DNA of 35,700 nt from positions 1 to 35,700 of the IMG/VR virus record IMGVR_UViG_3300012940_001316. One strand, 5' to 3'. The notes beneath the pieces are model-generated. The model was not told the DNA's origin. It did not search any database and worked only from the letters and a program-made list of their open reading frames with translations. The position numbers and the translations under genes are program-made. The DNA is from a virus (Duplodnaviria; Caudoviricetes). Below, piece after piece: positions 28,801-35,700 of this stretch (position 1 is the stretch's first letter; the number at the start of each line of letters is the position of its first letter).

Positions 28801-29520
28801 GTCCTCGAACTGGAAGAAGCCCTCGGTACTGGAAGAAAACGACTTGGCCTCAGGGAAGAGCGCGGGGTACATCTCGTGGGCGATCTTGGGGATCAGACCG
28901 TCGATGGCGAGCGGGTTGTTCTGAACGCGCGCCCAGGTGGCTCCGGGCAGCGCTTTGGCGATCTTGTCGTGCAGCTCCGCGGTGCGGCCATCCTTTTCGA
29001 CCATCCGCTCGAAAGCAGCCACTTTGAGGTTTCGTGAATATCCCGCCCACTGGAGCACTTTGAAGTACAGAACCGTGGAGACGTCTTCCATCGTTGCGCC
29101 CGCGAGCATTTCACTCGCGAGGTCCAACATGACGACCGCGGCCGGGAATCGCTGCGCCACCGTAGAAAGCAGCGCCTTTGTCTGGGGCTGATGCAGGCGA
29201 TTCTGGAGGTGTTTCAGGAACGGCGTCCCGTCGATGACACTACGATCGTCGAACGCCAGACCGAGGTACTTGGTGAAGGAGCTCTTACCAGAGCCATAGA
29301 AGCCGGAGACCCAGACACCGACCTCGTTCTCGCCCCCGGATTCCATCGCCAACTGCATCTTGGAGAGCAGGTCGTAGAACTGCTTCTCGATGTGCTCGGT
29401 GACGACATACTCCGAGATTTCCGCCTTGAGTCGGTTCTCCTGCGAGACGCCGTAGGCGATGACCTTCTCGATGGTCCTGGAGATGTCTTTACTGGGATCG
29501 AAGAGAGAACGGATCGTCAT
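25879..29520 (-). CDS. brxC: BREX P-loop ATPase BrxC, 1213 aa
   Basis: 'EISEYVVT', 'VWVSGFYGSGKSSF', 'FVIDEVGQY', 'KLKDRF', 'YPFLP', 'PFGWS'. Confidence 0.93.
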   Translation of the reverse strand: MTIRSLFDPSKDISRTIEKVIAYGVSQENRLKAEISEYVVTEHIEKQFYDLLSKMQLAMESGGENEVGVWVSGFYGSGKSSFTKYLGLAFDDRSVIDGTPFLKHLQNRLHQPQTKALLSTVAQRFPAAVVMLDLASEMLAGATMEDVSTVLYFKVLQWAGYSRNLKVAAFERMVEKDGRTAELHDKIAKALPGATWARVQNNPLAIDGLIPKIAHEMYPALFPEAKSFSSSTEGFFQFEDQRVQEMIDIVREKSGKQHIIFVIDEVGQYVASRDNLILNLDGLAKNLKRLGDGKVWIISTAQQTLTEDDPRASINSPQLFKLKDRFPIQIDLESSDIKEICYRRLLGKSPAGDAELGKLFDAHGQALRHNTKLQDAKYYDADFSRESFINLYPFLPAHFDILLHLLGALAKSTGGIGLRSAIKVIQDVLRGEGGSKAMADQPVGWLATTVTLYDELEKDIRRAFPSIHQAVGKVQIRYPDSPLHQDIGKTIAVLQILGNLPVTVQNVANLMHPSITAASQADAVRKAVDEMLGDVLVPLGEKDGNLVFLSEKLRDIEQERGGIPLRSVDVKRIFNDALREAFNPLPRVSLHGTMAVASGLKIQAGSSLTSLAGEQNTIQTVAEFVPASDYEAAKNRMLDDSRSRSGRNLVGLLARTNPELDDLAGEIYRCQRIAELHRNEPDQEIKDYCSGQLDRAAKLSTQLQSKIKQTLQAGSFVFRGQVTAVTALDADLLEAAKKLLVDVAEQVFDRYAEAPVRAATDTAEKFLKTSNPAAIGSSLDPLGFVQTVAGRAQFKTDHKAMISIRDYIERSGTVEGKRLLDHFSDAPFGWSADTTRYILAAMLMAGEIKLKVSGREVTAAGQQAIDALKTNNAFKQIGVSLRDERPSIDTLGRAAERLTELAGEMIIPLEQEISKAAVKHFPRFQHECGPLAEKLDSLGIHGGERMRRLTQDIADVLFTDASDAPQRLGAESSALYDDLKWAQEIRRAFDNGLQATIRDLQNHRREIEALPDTGVPGDLRREVAEELGLLAERLAQEEFYKHVADFNSLLTHLQSRVREAVITLVDQQKARIKEGAEDLQRIAEWDELTQEERGNAVSRLDDLALEADQDLAGLKKLLARDYDINSTLEDLKRSIQRQGQERMRKRLEDERAKTGEKGPNKLARSITVPVRMTSAADIEALIQQLHEIKAQIGLYAEIEVSFVVGGQPGTGGE

Positions 29521-29547
29521 GGTCTTGTCCTTGCAATCTCAAATCGG

Positions 29548-30123
29548 TTAGCCGCCTACGTGGACGGACCGATAGTTGCCATCCTCCGGGTAGAAGCCCA
29601 GGAACTTCAGGCGAGTTGTCCCAGTGCGCACGCCTGGGTACAGAAACACGGTCGGCACATGAAACTTGCCCTGGAGCTGGCTTTCGATGGCACCGATGCG
29701 TAGGAAGGGATGAAGTGCCTCCAGGTCGGTGACCAGCAGCAGGGCGTTTCGCTTTCCCTCCAGTGGCTCCAGGGTCGCCTCCAGCCGCTTGAGGAGCGCG
29801 TTGTCGGCCATCAGAATGTCGGCAAGTGCCTTGTTGGTCCGGGACCAGTCCAGAGGTGCGGATTTGTCCTCCATGACGCAGAGCGACCAGAAGGGGTCGT
29901 CTTTCAGCAGCTGCCAGATTTGCTCGGCGATTGAGAATGTATGTACCTCCCAACCTTCCTGATGAAGCTTGGCAATCCAGGCCGGCGTTTGACGCTTGAC
30001 CTCGAGAATCAACTTCGGATCGAACACGAGGTAGTAGATCGGCTCGAAGCTCGCATGGCCGAGCTCGCGCCCATGCCGGATGCGCTCCCGCAGTTCATCA
30101 AAGTCAGCTTTGAGCGAGGACAT
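29548..30123 (-). CDS. brxB: BrxB (DUF1788), 191 aa
   Basis: 'PIYYLVFDP', 'LHPFLR', 'PTVFLYPG..LKFLG..NYRS'; lies between brxA and brxC. Confidence 0.85.
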   Translation of the reverse strand: MSSLKADFDELRERIRHGRELGHASFEPIYYLVFDPKLILEVKRQTPAWIAKLHQEGWEVHTFSIAEQIWQLLKDDPFWSLCVMEDKSAPLDWSRTNKALADILMADNALLKRLEATLEPLEGKRNALLLVTDLEALHPFLRIGAIESQLQGKFHVPTVFLYPGVRTGTTRLKFLGFYPEDGNYRSVHVGG

Positions 30124-30898
30124 CGCAGAGCGCCTCCATGTGAGGGTGTTTCCAACTAATACGCACGACATCGGATGCTGCTTGGACGATCAGCAGCCCC
30201 TGCAGTGATAGTCGCTTGATCTCCTCCAATACGTCGTCGCGCGCCAAACCAAACACCTGCCAGTCCTCATGCGACAACAGCGCGTTGTCTCCCACGCCCG
30301 CGAAATGCAGTTCGTAAGCGAGGTAGGCAGCGACACTCGGCGAAATCCGGAACGGGACAATGCGGCGGCTCTTTCGTATTCCGCGTTCGAGCAAACCGTA
30401 GTCGGCGCAGCAGCCTGTCAAGTAGCCGGAGACACGGCGAATGGTCGTTTCGGACCAGCGCCTCGCGGTCTTGCCGTCATCGATGCCGCGCTCTACGAAT
30501 GCACGCGCATCTTCATTCGAAATTTCCGTGTATCCGCCTTCGTAGCGACTCCAGTACACCTGCCGAACAAAATCGCCAAGAATCGGGTTGGCTCGGCAGG
30601 TGAACAACAGCATGAGCTGGCTGATCTCACTGGCCGACAGGCGCGGCAGAAGCCTCTTCAGATGGTGAGCCGGTGCTCCTTCTCGCACGAGGTACCTAGG
30701 GGCAAAGCTCTCGACGATGATGTTCCGAAGGCGTCGCGCCGTGATGGTCGGGAATCGACCCGATTCCAGCGCCTTTTGGAATAGCTCGGTTGTGGACATT
30801 CCTGGCGTCCACAGGTCGAGCAGCGTTTTCGTCTCGTCTACAAGGCCGAGACCAGCTTGCAATTGGGTGGTGTAGGGTCTTGTCTCTGCCACGTTCAC
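30104..30898 (-). CDS. brxA: BrxA (DUF1819), 264 aa
   Basis: 'YTTQLQAG', 'WSETTIRRV..L..DYGLL'; directly upstream of brxB. Confidence 0.8.
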   Translation of the reverse strand: MNVAETRPYTTQLQAGLGLVDETKTLLDLWTPGMSTTELFQKALESGRFPTITARRLRNIIVESFAPRYLVREGAPAHHLKRLLPRLSASEISQLMLLFTCRANPILGDFVRQVYWSRYEGGYTEISNEDARAFVERGIDDGKTARRWSETTIRRVSGYLTGCCADYGLLERGIRKSRRIVPFRISPSVAAYLAYELHFAGVGDNALLSHEDWQVFGLARDDVLEEIKRLSLQGLLIVQAASDVVRISWKHPHMEALCDVLAQS

Positions 30899-31407
30899 CC
30901 CATGAGATACGGATAAGCGCGGGTCTGGTTGGCGAAGGCAAAGAAATAGCCTGCGGCGATTGCGCTCGAAACTTCGTGCGTTCCAAACTGATCGATTCCA
31001 CCAACAGAGGCCGGGCCCTCCATCGCGCTCTCCTTGCTATCAACCATCTGGGAGAGCGCCGCAAGTGCTACGTCTTTGCCTTGCACCGCGCTTTGAAGAA
31101 TCCGTATCCCCTCATCTGTGCCCATCAGCGCGTGCAGGTCTTGCTCCACCTCTTCAGGCAGCCTGAACAGATGGAAACTGCCTACGTTGACCTGCTCGTC
31201 GTGAAGCCGTCTCGCCGCCTCAACCACGCCGTGGTACTGAGCAAGTGGGGCTGTTTTCGGCACCACGAATTCGAGCGAGCGCAGGCTGTAGTCGCCAAAG
31301 AATGAGGTGTTCCACCAGGCGAACTGAGACCGCTCCCCCAGGAACCCAACAAGCAATCTCAACCTGAGTATCGTTGGGAGATATGCTTCGCTCGTTTTAT
31401 CAGTCAT
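30895..31407 (-). CDS. brxE: BrxE-family protein, 170 aa
   Basis: 'LRLRLLVGFLGE..WW', 'AARRLHD', 'FHLFRLP', C-terminal 'PY'; upstream of brxA, the position brxE takes in type 6 BREX. Confidence 0.7.
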   Translation of the reverse strand: MTDKTSEAYLPTILRLRLLVGFLGERSQFAWWNTSFFGDYSLRSLEFVVPKTAPLAQYHGVVEAARRLHDEQVNVGSFHLFRLPEEVEQDLHALMGTDEGIRILQSAVQGKDVALAALSQMVDSKESAMEGPASVGGIDQFGTHEVSSAIAAGYFFAFANQTRAYPYLMG

Positions 31408-31428
31408 GGTCGGTTCGTACTCTTCTTG

Positions 31429-32352
31429 TTAATTGGTCGCTGCTCCGGCGCGGCCGCTCGGCGCTGCCTCTGGGATGCGGTATCCCGGAGCCAGGATGGC
31501 GTTCTTCACCCCATAAAGCGCCAAGTGATCCTTGAGCCACAACCGATATTCGTGCCCACGCAGGCTGTGATCGGGCGAGCAGTCCACGCTCCACTTGCGG
31601 AGGATGTAACCGGCTGTCGCCGCGCGCAGCTTCATGCGTAACGCGCCACCCTGCATGCCGTAGTCCATCTCGGTGATCTCCGGCCGCGGCTGGTCCGGAT
31701 GGGGTACGAGCTCCAGCTCGACGATCCGGGTCCACTGGATGTCCTGATCAGGCCGTTCATGTCCTTCGACCCCCGCATCCTTGAGCACCTTCGGTCTCTT
31801 GATGCGCGTGATGACGAAGTCGCGAAAATCCTGGGTCTTGCGGTCGAAAGCACGGACGTGCCAGCGCAGACCGTTGTCGATCAGCGCGAAGGGGGCGATT
31901 TCCCGCTCCGTGCGGCCGCTGGAGATCGAGTGGTACTCAATTCTGAGCAGGCATTCCTGGTGAATGGCTCGCGTAACACAGGCCAGTATGTCGAGATCCG
32001 GATAAGCGAGTCGTGATGGAATCTCGCTGGCTACCCATGGCTTGAGTCGCGTGGGTTCCCCATCCCCAAACCCCTGCGTCAGCCACGACAGCACACGCTC
32101 GGGCGGAAAATCGAAGACCGGCTTGAAATCCGGACCCAGGACATAGGACTTGCCCTTGGGGTCGTAGTCGATGTTCCCCGGAGCCAACTCCTTGTAAAGC
32201 GCTAAGTCCCTTGTGGCGGCGGCAGACTGGATACCGAACCGCGAAACCAGGTCCTGGCGGCGGATCTCCCCGATGAAGAGCACACGCAGCTCAACGAACG
32301 CGAGGCGATCGCGCTGCGGCTGGGTTAGATCGGCAAGCTGTTCGTTCGGCAT
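31429..32352 (-). CDS. brxR: WYL-domain transcriptional regulator (BrxR/CapW-like), 307 aa
   Basis: wHTH 'RQDLVSRFGIQSAAATRDLALY', WYL 'GLRWHVRAFDR..FRDFVITRI', C-terminal 'GYILRKWSVDCS'. Confidence 0.85.
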   Translation of the reverse strand: MPNEQLADLTQPQRDRLAFVELRVLFIGEIRRQDLVSRFGIQSAAATRDLALYKELAPGNIDYDPKGKSYVLGPDFKPVFDFPPERVLSWLTQGFGDGEPTRLKPWVASEIPSRLAYPDLDILACVTRAIHQECLLRIEYHSISSGRTEREIAPFALIDNGLRWHVRAFDRKTQDFRDFVITRIKRPKVLKDAGVEGHERPDQDIQWTRIVELELVPHPDQPRPEITEMDYGMQGGALRMKLRAATAGYILRKWSVDCSPDHSLRGHEYRLWLKDHLALYGVKNAILAPGYRIPEAAPSGRAGAATN

Positions 32353-32398
32353 TCTGGCTCCTTCGGGTTGGCGAAGGCTTGTGGGAATTATTGCGGGA

Positions 32399-32427
32399 AG
32401 TATATGGTCTGCCCTAGAATGTGTCCA
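32399..32427 (-). promoter_or_regulatory. Sigma70-type promoter of the WYL-BREX operon
   Basis: Minus strand TGGACA (32427-32422), 17 bp spacer, TATACT (32404-32399); both boxes 5/6 to consensus. Confidence 0.65.
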
Positions 32428-32429
32428 TA
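32403..32429. promoter_or_regulatory. Imperfect inverted repeat, candidate WYL regulator operator
   Basis: TATGGTC-N13-GTCCATA (one mismatch) overlapping both promoter boxes. Confidence 0.45.
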
Positions 32430-32565
32430 GAATTGTGGTGTTAACTGTGTGCGTTGCATTTTGATTACCGTTGCCGCACCCAACGGAACCTGCTCAGGGC
32501 CGTTCGGCACGCCTGGAGGGTGGCTACACCTGCTTGAAGGCAGATCCATATGGGAGAGATCAACT

Positions 32566-33075
32566 ATGAGTAGTGGCCGCTGGGACCAGCCGGGCATACC
32601 TCATAAAGGCTGGCACTGCGTGGATGTTGTCGACCTGCGGGCCGATGGGGAGCCTGCCGACGAAGCCGATTACGCGACCTGCCAGATGTGCGGCAACGAG
32701 AAGATTCGCTACGTCCACATCATGGAGCACCCGGACCTGGACGAACACTTCGAGGTCGGGTGTGTCTGCGCCGAAAAAATGAGCGACGATTACGAAGGGC
32801 CCCGACGGCGTGAGGCCCGACTCAGGAACCGCGCGGCCCGTCGCTCTCGGTGGCTGCACCGTAAATGGCGGATCTCCGCGAAGGGCAACAGCTTCCTCAA
32901 TCTCGAGGGTTACAACCTTGTGGTGTACCCGACAAAAACACGCCGTTGGGGCTACAAGATTGGCGACCGGTTTGGGCCGAAGACCTATCCGACCGCAGAG
33001 GAGGCGAAACTGGCACTGTTCGACGATTTCTGGGCAGCCACTCAGGACGACGACAGGTTATGGGCGAGCGATTGA
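32566..33075 (+). CDS. Hypothetical Cys/His-rich protein, probable zinc binder, 169 aa
   Basis: GGAGAG RBS, ATG 32566; 'CQMC..IRYVHIMEH..VGCVCA'. Confidence 0.75.
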   Translation: MSSGRWDQPGIPHKGWHCVDVVDLRADGEPADEADYATCQMCGNEKIRYVHIMEHPDLDEHFEVGCVCAEKMSDDYEGPRRREARLRNRAARRSRWLHRKWRISAKGNSFLNLEGYNLVVYPTKTRRWGYKIGDRFGPKTYPTAEEAKLALFDDFWAATQDDDRLWASD

Positions 33076-33091
33076 GCCAGGGAGTCGGTCC

Positions 33092-34495
33092 GTGTCATCT
33101 GAGTTACCCACCAATCCCTCCCGAGACGGCAATTCCCTGCTCAAGGGCAAACGGCCAGAGCTGATCGAACTAATCGCTGACACACTCCATTCCGTGAAGG
33201 CCTATGACCTACCGGCGGAATGCGAGCGGCTCGGTTTGACTCCGGGCACCGGGAACGAGGCCCACTCCAGCAAGCGGGTCTACGTGCGAAGTCGCCTGCA
33301 AGGATTGAGCAACGATCAGCTTTTACAACTTGCACGCCAAGTCGAGCGGGACCACATCAGCTTTCGCCTGACCGAATTTCTTCGACTGCTCGGCGAGTCA
33401 AACGACGGTCAGGCAATCACGGAACTGACGCGCCGCTCCATCATCAAGGCGCTCAACAGTATTGACCTCTTCGGGGAGCTCTCCCTCGTCGATCAACTAT
33501 CCAAGCTCTGGCCACTGACTGAGATGCCGGGTTGGGAGTTTGAAGTGAACTTGGCGGAGTCCATTCACCAGCATTGCGTGAGGAACGACGACTGGAGCAA
33601 CGCCGACCTCCTGGAGGCCGTTGGTGCGCTGACGTGTTCACGCACACTGTTTTTCCACCTTCTTGAGTCCATCGTCTCCCCGAACGCACGCCGAGGGAAG
33701 GAGCAGACCGATCTCGTTGATGCCCTGAACAGCCTTCTCAAGGCAGACGGTTACCGCCTCCGGCCATCAGGGAACATCTCAGGGCATACCACCTTCTCGG
33801 TGGCACGCCTGAGCGATGGTGTTTCCGGTGCCCCAAAGAACCTGATATTCGCGTCGACCGGTCCCAAGCCAGAAATCGTGATTCAGGATGCGATCAACAA
33901 CGACATCCGGATTGTTCGGCACGGAGAGCATTGTCTCGTCTACGACCGCCCCATCCAGAGCGGTGGCCTCAACAAGGCGGAGATGCTGTCATGGTGGAAG
34001 GATGGACAGGGCATCGTGGACGATGCGGAGGCAAGGCGATCGCTCTCTCAAAGACTCATGGCATCGCTCGCGTCGAAAGGTGAGCAGAACGTCTTCGGCG
34101 TCTACTACCGCGCCTTCAAAGATCTAGGCGACACACTGCCGGCCCTGATTCCGCAGGTCTACCTGCATTACGACCCGTACACGCTGGCCCAGCTCGGCGG
34201 GGTTGGGCGGCTGCCGCGGCAGCGCATGGACTTCTTGCTCCTGTTCAGCGACGCCGGGCGCGTGGTTATTGAGGTCGACGGATCTCAACACTTCGCGGAG
34301 GATGGGAAGCCATCTCTCGCCAGGTACTCGGATATGGTGGCGGCAGACCGCGACCTCCGACTTGCGGGATACGAGGTCTATCGCTTCGGCGCCAACGAGC
34401 TCACAGGCCAAGGATCAGCAGAGCGAATCGAGGAGTTCTTTCGCCGCCTCCTTCGGAAGCACGGAGTCCTGTCTGGGGCTACCCTGGCTCAGTAA
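33092..34495 (+). CDS. AbiJ-NTD-like domain fused to DUF559/Vsr-like PD-(D/E)xK endonuclease, ~467 aa
   Basis: GGAG RBS, GTG 33092; 'ITELTRRSI..IHQHCVRNDDWS..LNSLLKADGY' then 'RMDFLL..VIEVDGSQH..DRDLRLAGYEVYRF'. Confidence 0.75.
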   Translation: MSSELPTNPSRDGNSLLKGKRPELIELIADTLHSVKAYDLPAECERLGLTPGTGNEAHSSKRVYVRSRLQGLSNDQLLQLARQVERDHISFRLTEFLRLLGESNDGQAITELTRRSIIKALNSIDLFGELSLVDQLSKLWPLTEMPGWEFEVNLAESIHQHCVRNDDWSNADLLEAVGALTCSRTLFFHLLESIVSPNARRGKEQTDLVDALNSLLKADGYRLRPSGNISGHTTFSVARLSDGVSGAPKNLIFASTGPKPEIVIQDAINNDIRIVRHGEHCLVYDRPIQSGGLNKAEMLSWWKDGQGIVDDAEARRSLSQRLMASLASKGEQNVFGVYYRAFKDLGDTLPALIPQVYLHYDPYTLAQLGGVGRLPRQRMDFLLLFSDAGRVVIEVDGSQHFAEDGKPSLARYSDMVAADRDLRLAGYEVYRFGANELTGQGSAERIEEFFRRLLRKHGVLSGATLAQ

Positions 34496-34525
34496 CGCCA
34501 CGCGAGAGGAACCAGATGGGCGGAC

Positions 34526-34560
34526 GCTGGTTCAATTCCGGATTCGGGAATCGAACTGGC
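34526..34560. repeat. Hairpin downstream of the nuclease gene
   Basis: GCTG-GTTCAATTCC-N7-GGAATCGAAC-TGGC with one mismatch and G-U pairs; no U tract. Confidence 0.4.
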
Positions 34561-34645
34561 GGCCGATTTGAGGCACTTGGCGGATGCCGGCGCTGGCAGG
34601 AACTGTTAGGATTGCTGGCAACAAGGGCTGGGATTCCGCTTCTTT

Positions 34646-34841
34646 CCGCAGGAGTTTGCAGCGGCTCTAAGGCGCTGAGTTACATAGGTTTGGCGCAGGC
34701 TGCCGCCCCACCGATTCCCCGCAGGAGTCCGAACCATTCCGCACGAACCCGCAGGAACCCTCGCCAGCCCGCACGGTCTGATGGCAGGTCCTTGATTTTG
34801 AACAACCTGCTTGACCAGTCCGCACTTGCGGACTGCGGACT
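34646..34841. repeat. Cluster of short direct and inverted repeats, possible recombination or end-of-element site
   Basis: CCGCAGGA at 34646, 34719 and 34749; AGTCCGCA-ct-TGCGGACT at 34817-34834 with a second TGCGGACT at 34834-34841. Confidence 0.45.
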
Positions 34842-34916
34842 TTCGGTATGCCGGCAATCCGCTTGTAACCGTGGTCGGATGCCGCCGTGTTTCGAAACGT
34901 CGGTACTTGTCGACAT

Positions 34917-35534
34917 CTACCGACGAAACGGAACAAGTGCCGACGCGGGAAGACCTTTCTGGATTGCCACTACCATCCACGCCGGCAGGTGAGTCCTGGT
35001 TTCGAGCACGGCGTTCCAGTCATCCCGCCCGATGCGCCCAACCAACTTGCCGACCGTGGTTTCGGCGAGGTCCGGGCCAAGCCATTCAAGGGCTCTGACG
35101 ACATCACCGGCGAGACTATCGCCCAGCACCAACATCCACCTGGGGGCACGGCGGATCTCGATGACCTGCTTGCCGAGATTGAGCGTCCGCGCGCGGCCGT
35201 CGGTCAGGTAGATCTGTCGGACGGGGACCTGCGTGGTCAGCCCCAGGGCACTGGCCGCAGCCGCGCCATGACGGACGATGGCGTGCCCCGTGATGCGCGC
35301 GAGGGACTGGACCAGTTTGTCGGCGGGCGGCGGGACTGGACCGAAGCGGCTGGCCGTCACGGCGACGTACATGCCGCGCGCCACGCGCCTCAAACGCCCA
35401 TGCCGTGCCAAGCGAACCAACTGCCGCGACGCTTGATCGCGATTGACCAAGTGCTCCAGGTCCAGGCTCCTGAGCAAGGCGCCCTCCGGCTGCGCATCGA
35501 TCCAGCGGCTGACGATCTCAGTTTGTTTGGCCAT
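34917..35534 (-). CDS. DUF6088/AbiEi-like (type IV TA antitoxin-like) wHTH protein, 205 aa
   Basis: 'LVRLARHGRLRRVARGMY', 'GAAAASALGLTTQVP..IYLTDG'. Confidence 0.8.
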   Translation of the reverse strand: MAKQTEIVSRWIDAQPEGALLRSLDLEHLVNRDQASRQLVRLARHGRLRRVARGMYVAVTASRFGPVPPPADKLVQSLARITGHAIVRHGAAAASALGLTTQVPVRQIYLTDGRARTLNLGKQVIEIRRAPRWMLVLGDSLAGDVVRALEWLGPDLAETTVGKLVGRIGRDDWNAVLETRTHLPAWMVVAIQKGLPASALVPFRR

Positions 35535-35700
35535 GGGCAACGACCGCAGACTGGCTGGTTGATATCTGCAGGCACGACTCCTCGTAGGCTTCGATGTCGA
35601 CTTGGCGGTAAATCACCCGACCACAGAGTTTCAGGAATTTCGGCCCAATTCCCACGCTACGCCAGCGTTCGAGGGTGGCTTCGCTGATACTCCAGCGGGC
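35518..35700 (-). CDS. AlpA/excisionase-like HTH protein, 5' truncated (not in the ORF track)
   Basis: My translation: ARWSISEATLERWRSVGIGPKFLKLCGRVIYRQVDIEAYEESCLQISTSQSAVVAHGQTN*; 'TLERWR..G.GP.F.KL..RV.Y...D' is the AlpA/HTH_17 pattern. Confidence 0.85.
   Translation of the reverse strand, partial: ARWSISEATLERWRSVGIGPKFLKLCGRVIYRQVDIEAYEESCLQISTSQSAVVAHGQTN

Larger units (their letters stand above)
12969..32352 (-). other. BREX defence operon (type 1-like core plus brxE, split pglX and inserted genes), 13 genes
   Basis: brxA, brxB, brxC, pglX, pglZ and brxL recognisable by motif and order; all junctions are overlaps or gaps under 30 bp. Confidence 0.9.

Noticed and set aside
32810-33091. 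Upstream extension of the nuclease ORF to 561 aa
   Set aside because: It overlaps the preceding gene; GTG 33092 has a GGAG RBS just after that gene's stop.
34526-34560. tRNA T-loop-like GGTTCAATTCC and, on the other strand, GTTCGATTCCC
   Set aside because: No cloverleaf, acceptor stem or CCA; better explained as the two arms of one hairpin.
34646-34841. CRISPR array
   Set aside because: Repeats are only 8-9 bp and irregularly spaced, and no cas genes are present.

Overview
The window has three parts. (1) 1-12954, + strand: the right end of a GC-rich siphovirus-type prophage late operon: tail tube, tail assembly chaperone with a probable -1 frameshift, tape measure, tail-tip proteins, a short DUF2793-type protein, a terminator, two holin-like genes and a GH24 endolysin. 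(2) 12969-32352, - strand: a tightly coupled 13-gene, ~19.4 kb defence operon ending 14 bp from the endolysin stop. Order: WYL regulator (BrxR-like), brxE, brxA, brxB, brxC, HelD/UvrD-like SF1 ATPase, pglX split into methyltransferase and specificity genes, dual-OB-like protein, two DUF488 genes, pglZ, and a brxL whose C-terminus looks PLD/MIT_C-like rather than Lon-like. This non-canonical BREX is the best candidate for an undescribed system. (3) 32566-35700: a divergent Cys/His-rich protein plus AbiJ-NTD/DUF559-like nuclease pair, a repeat-rich non-coding stretch that may be an element end, an orphan DUF6088/AbiEi-like gene, and a partial AlpA/Xis-like gene missed by the ORF track. All family assignments come from motif recognition by eye; no searches were run.
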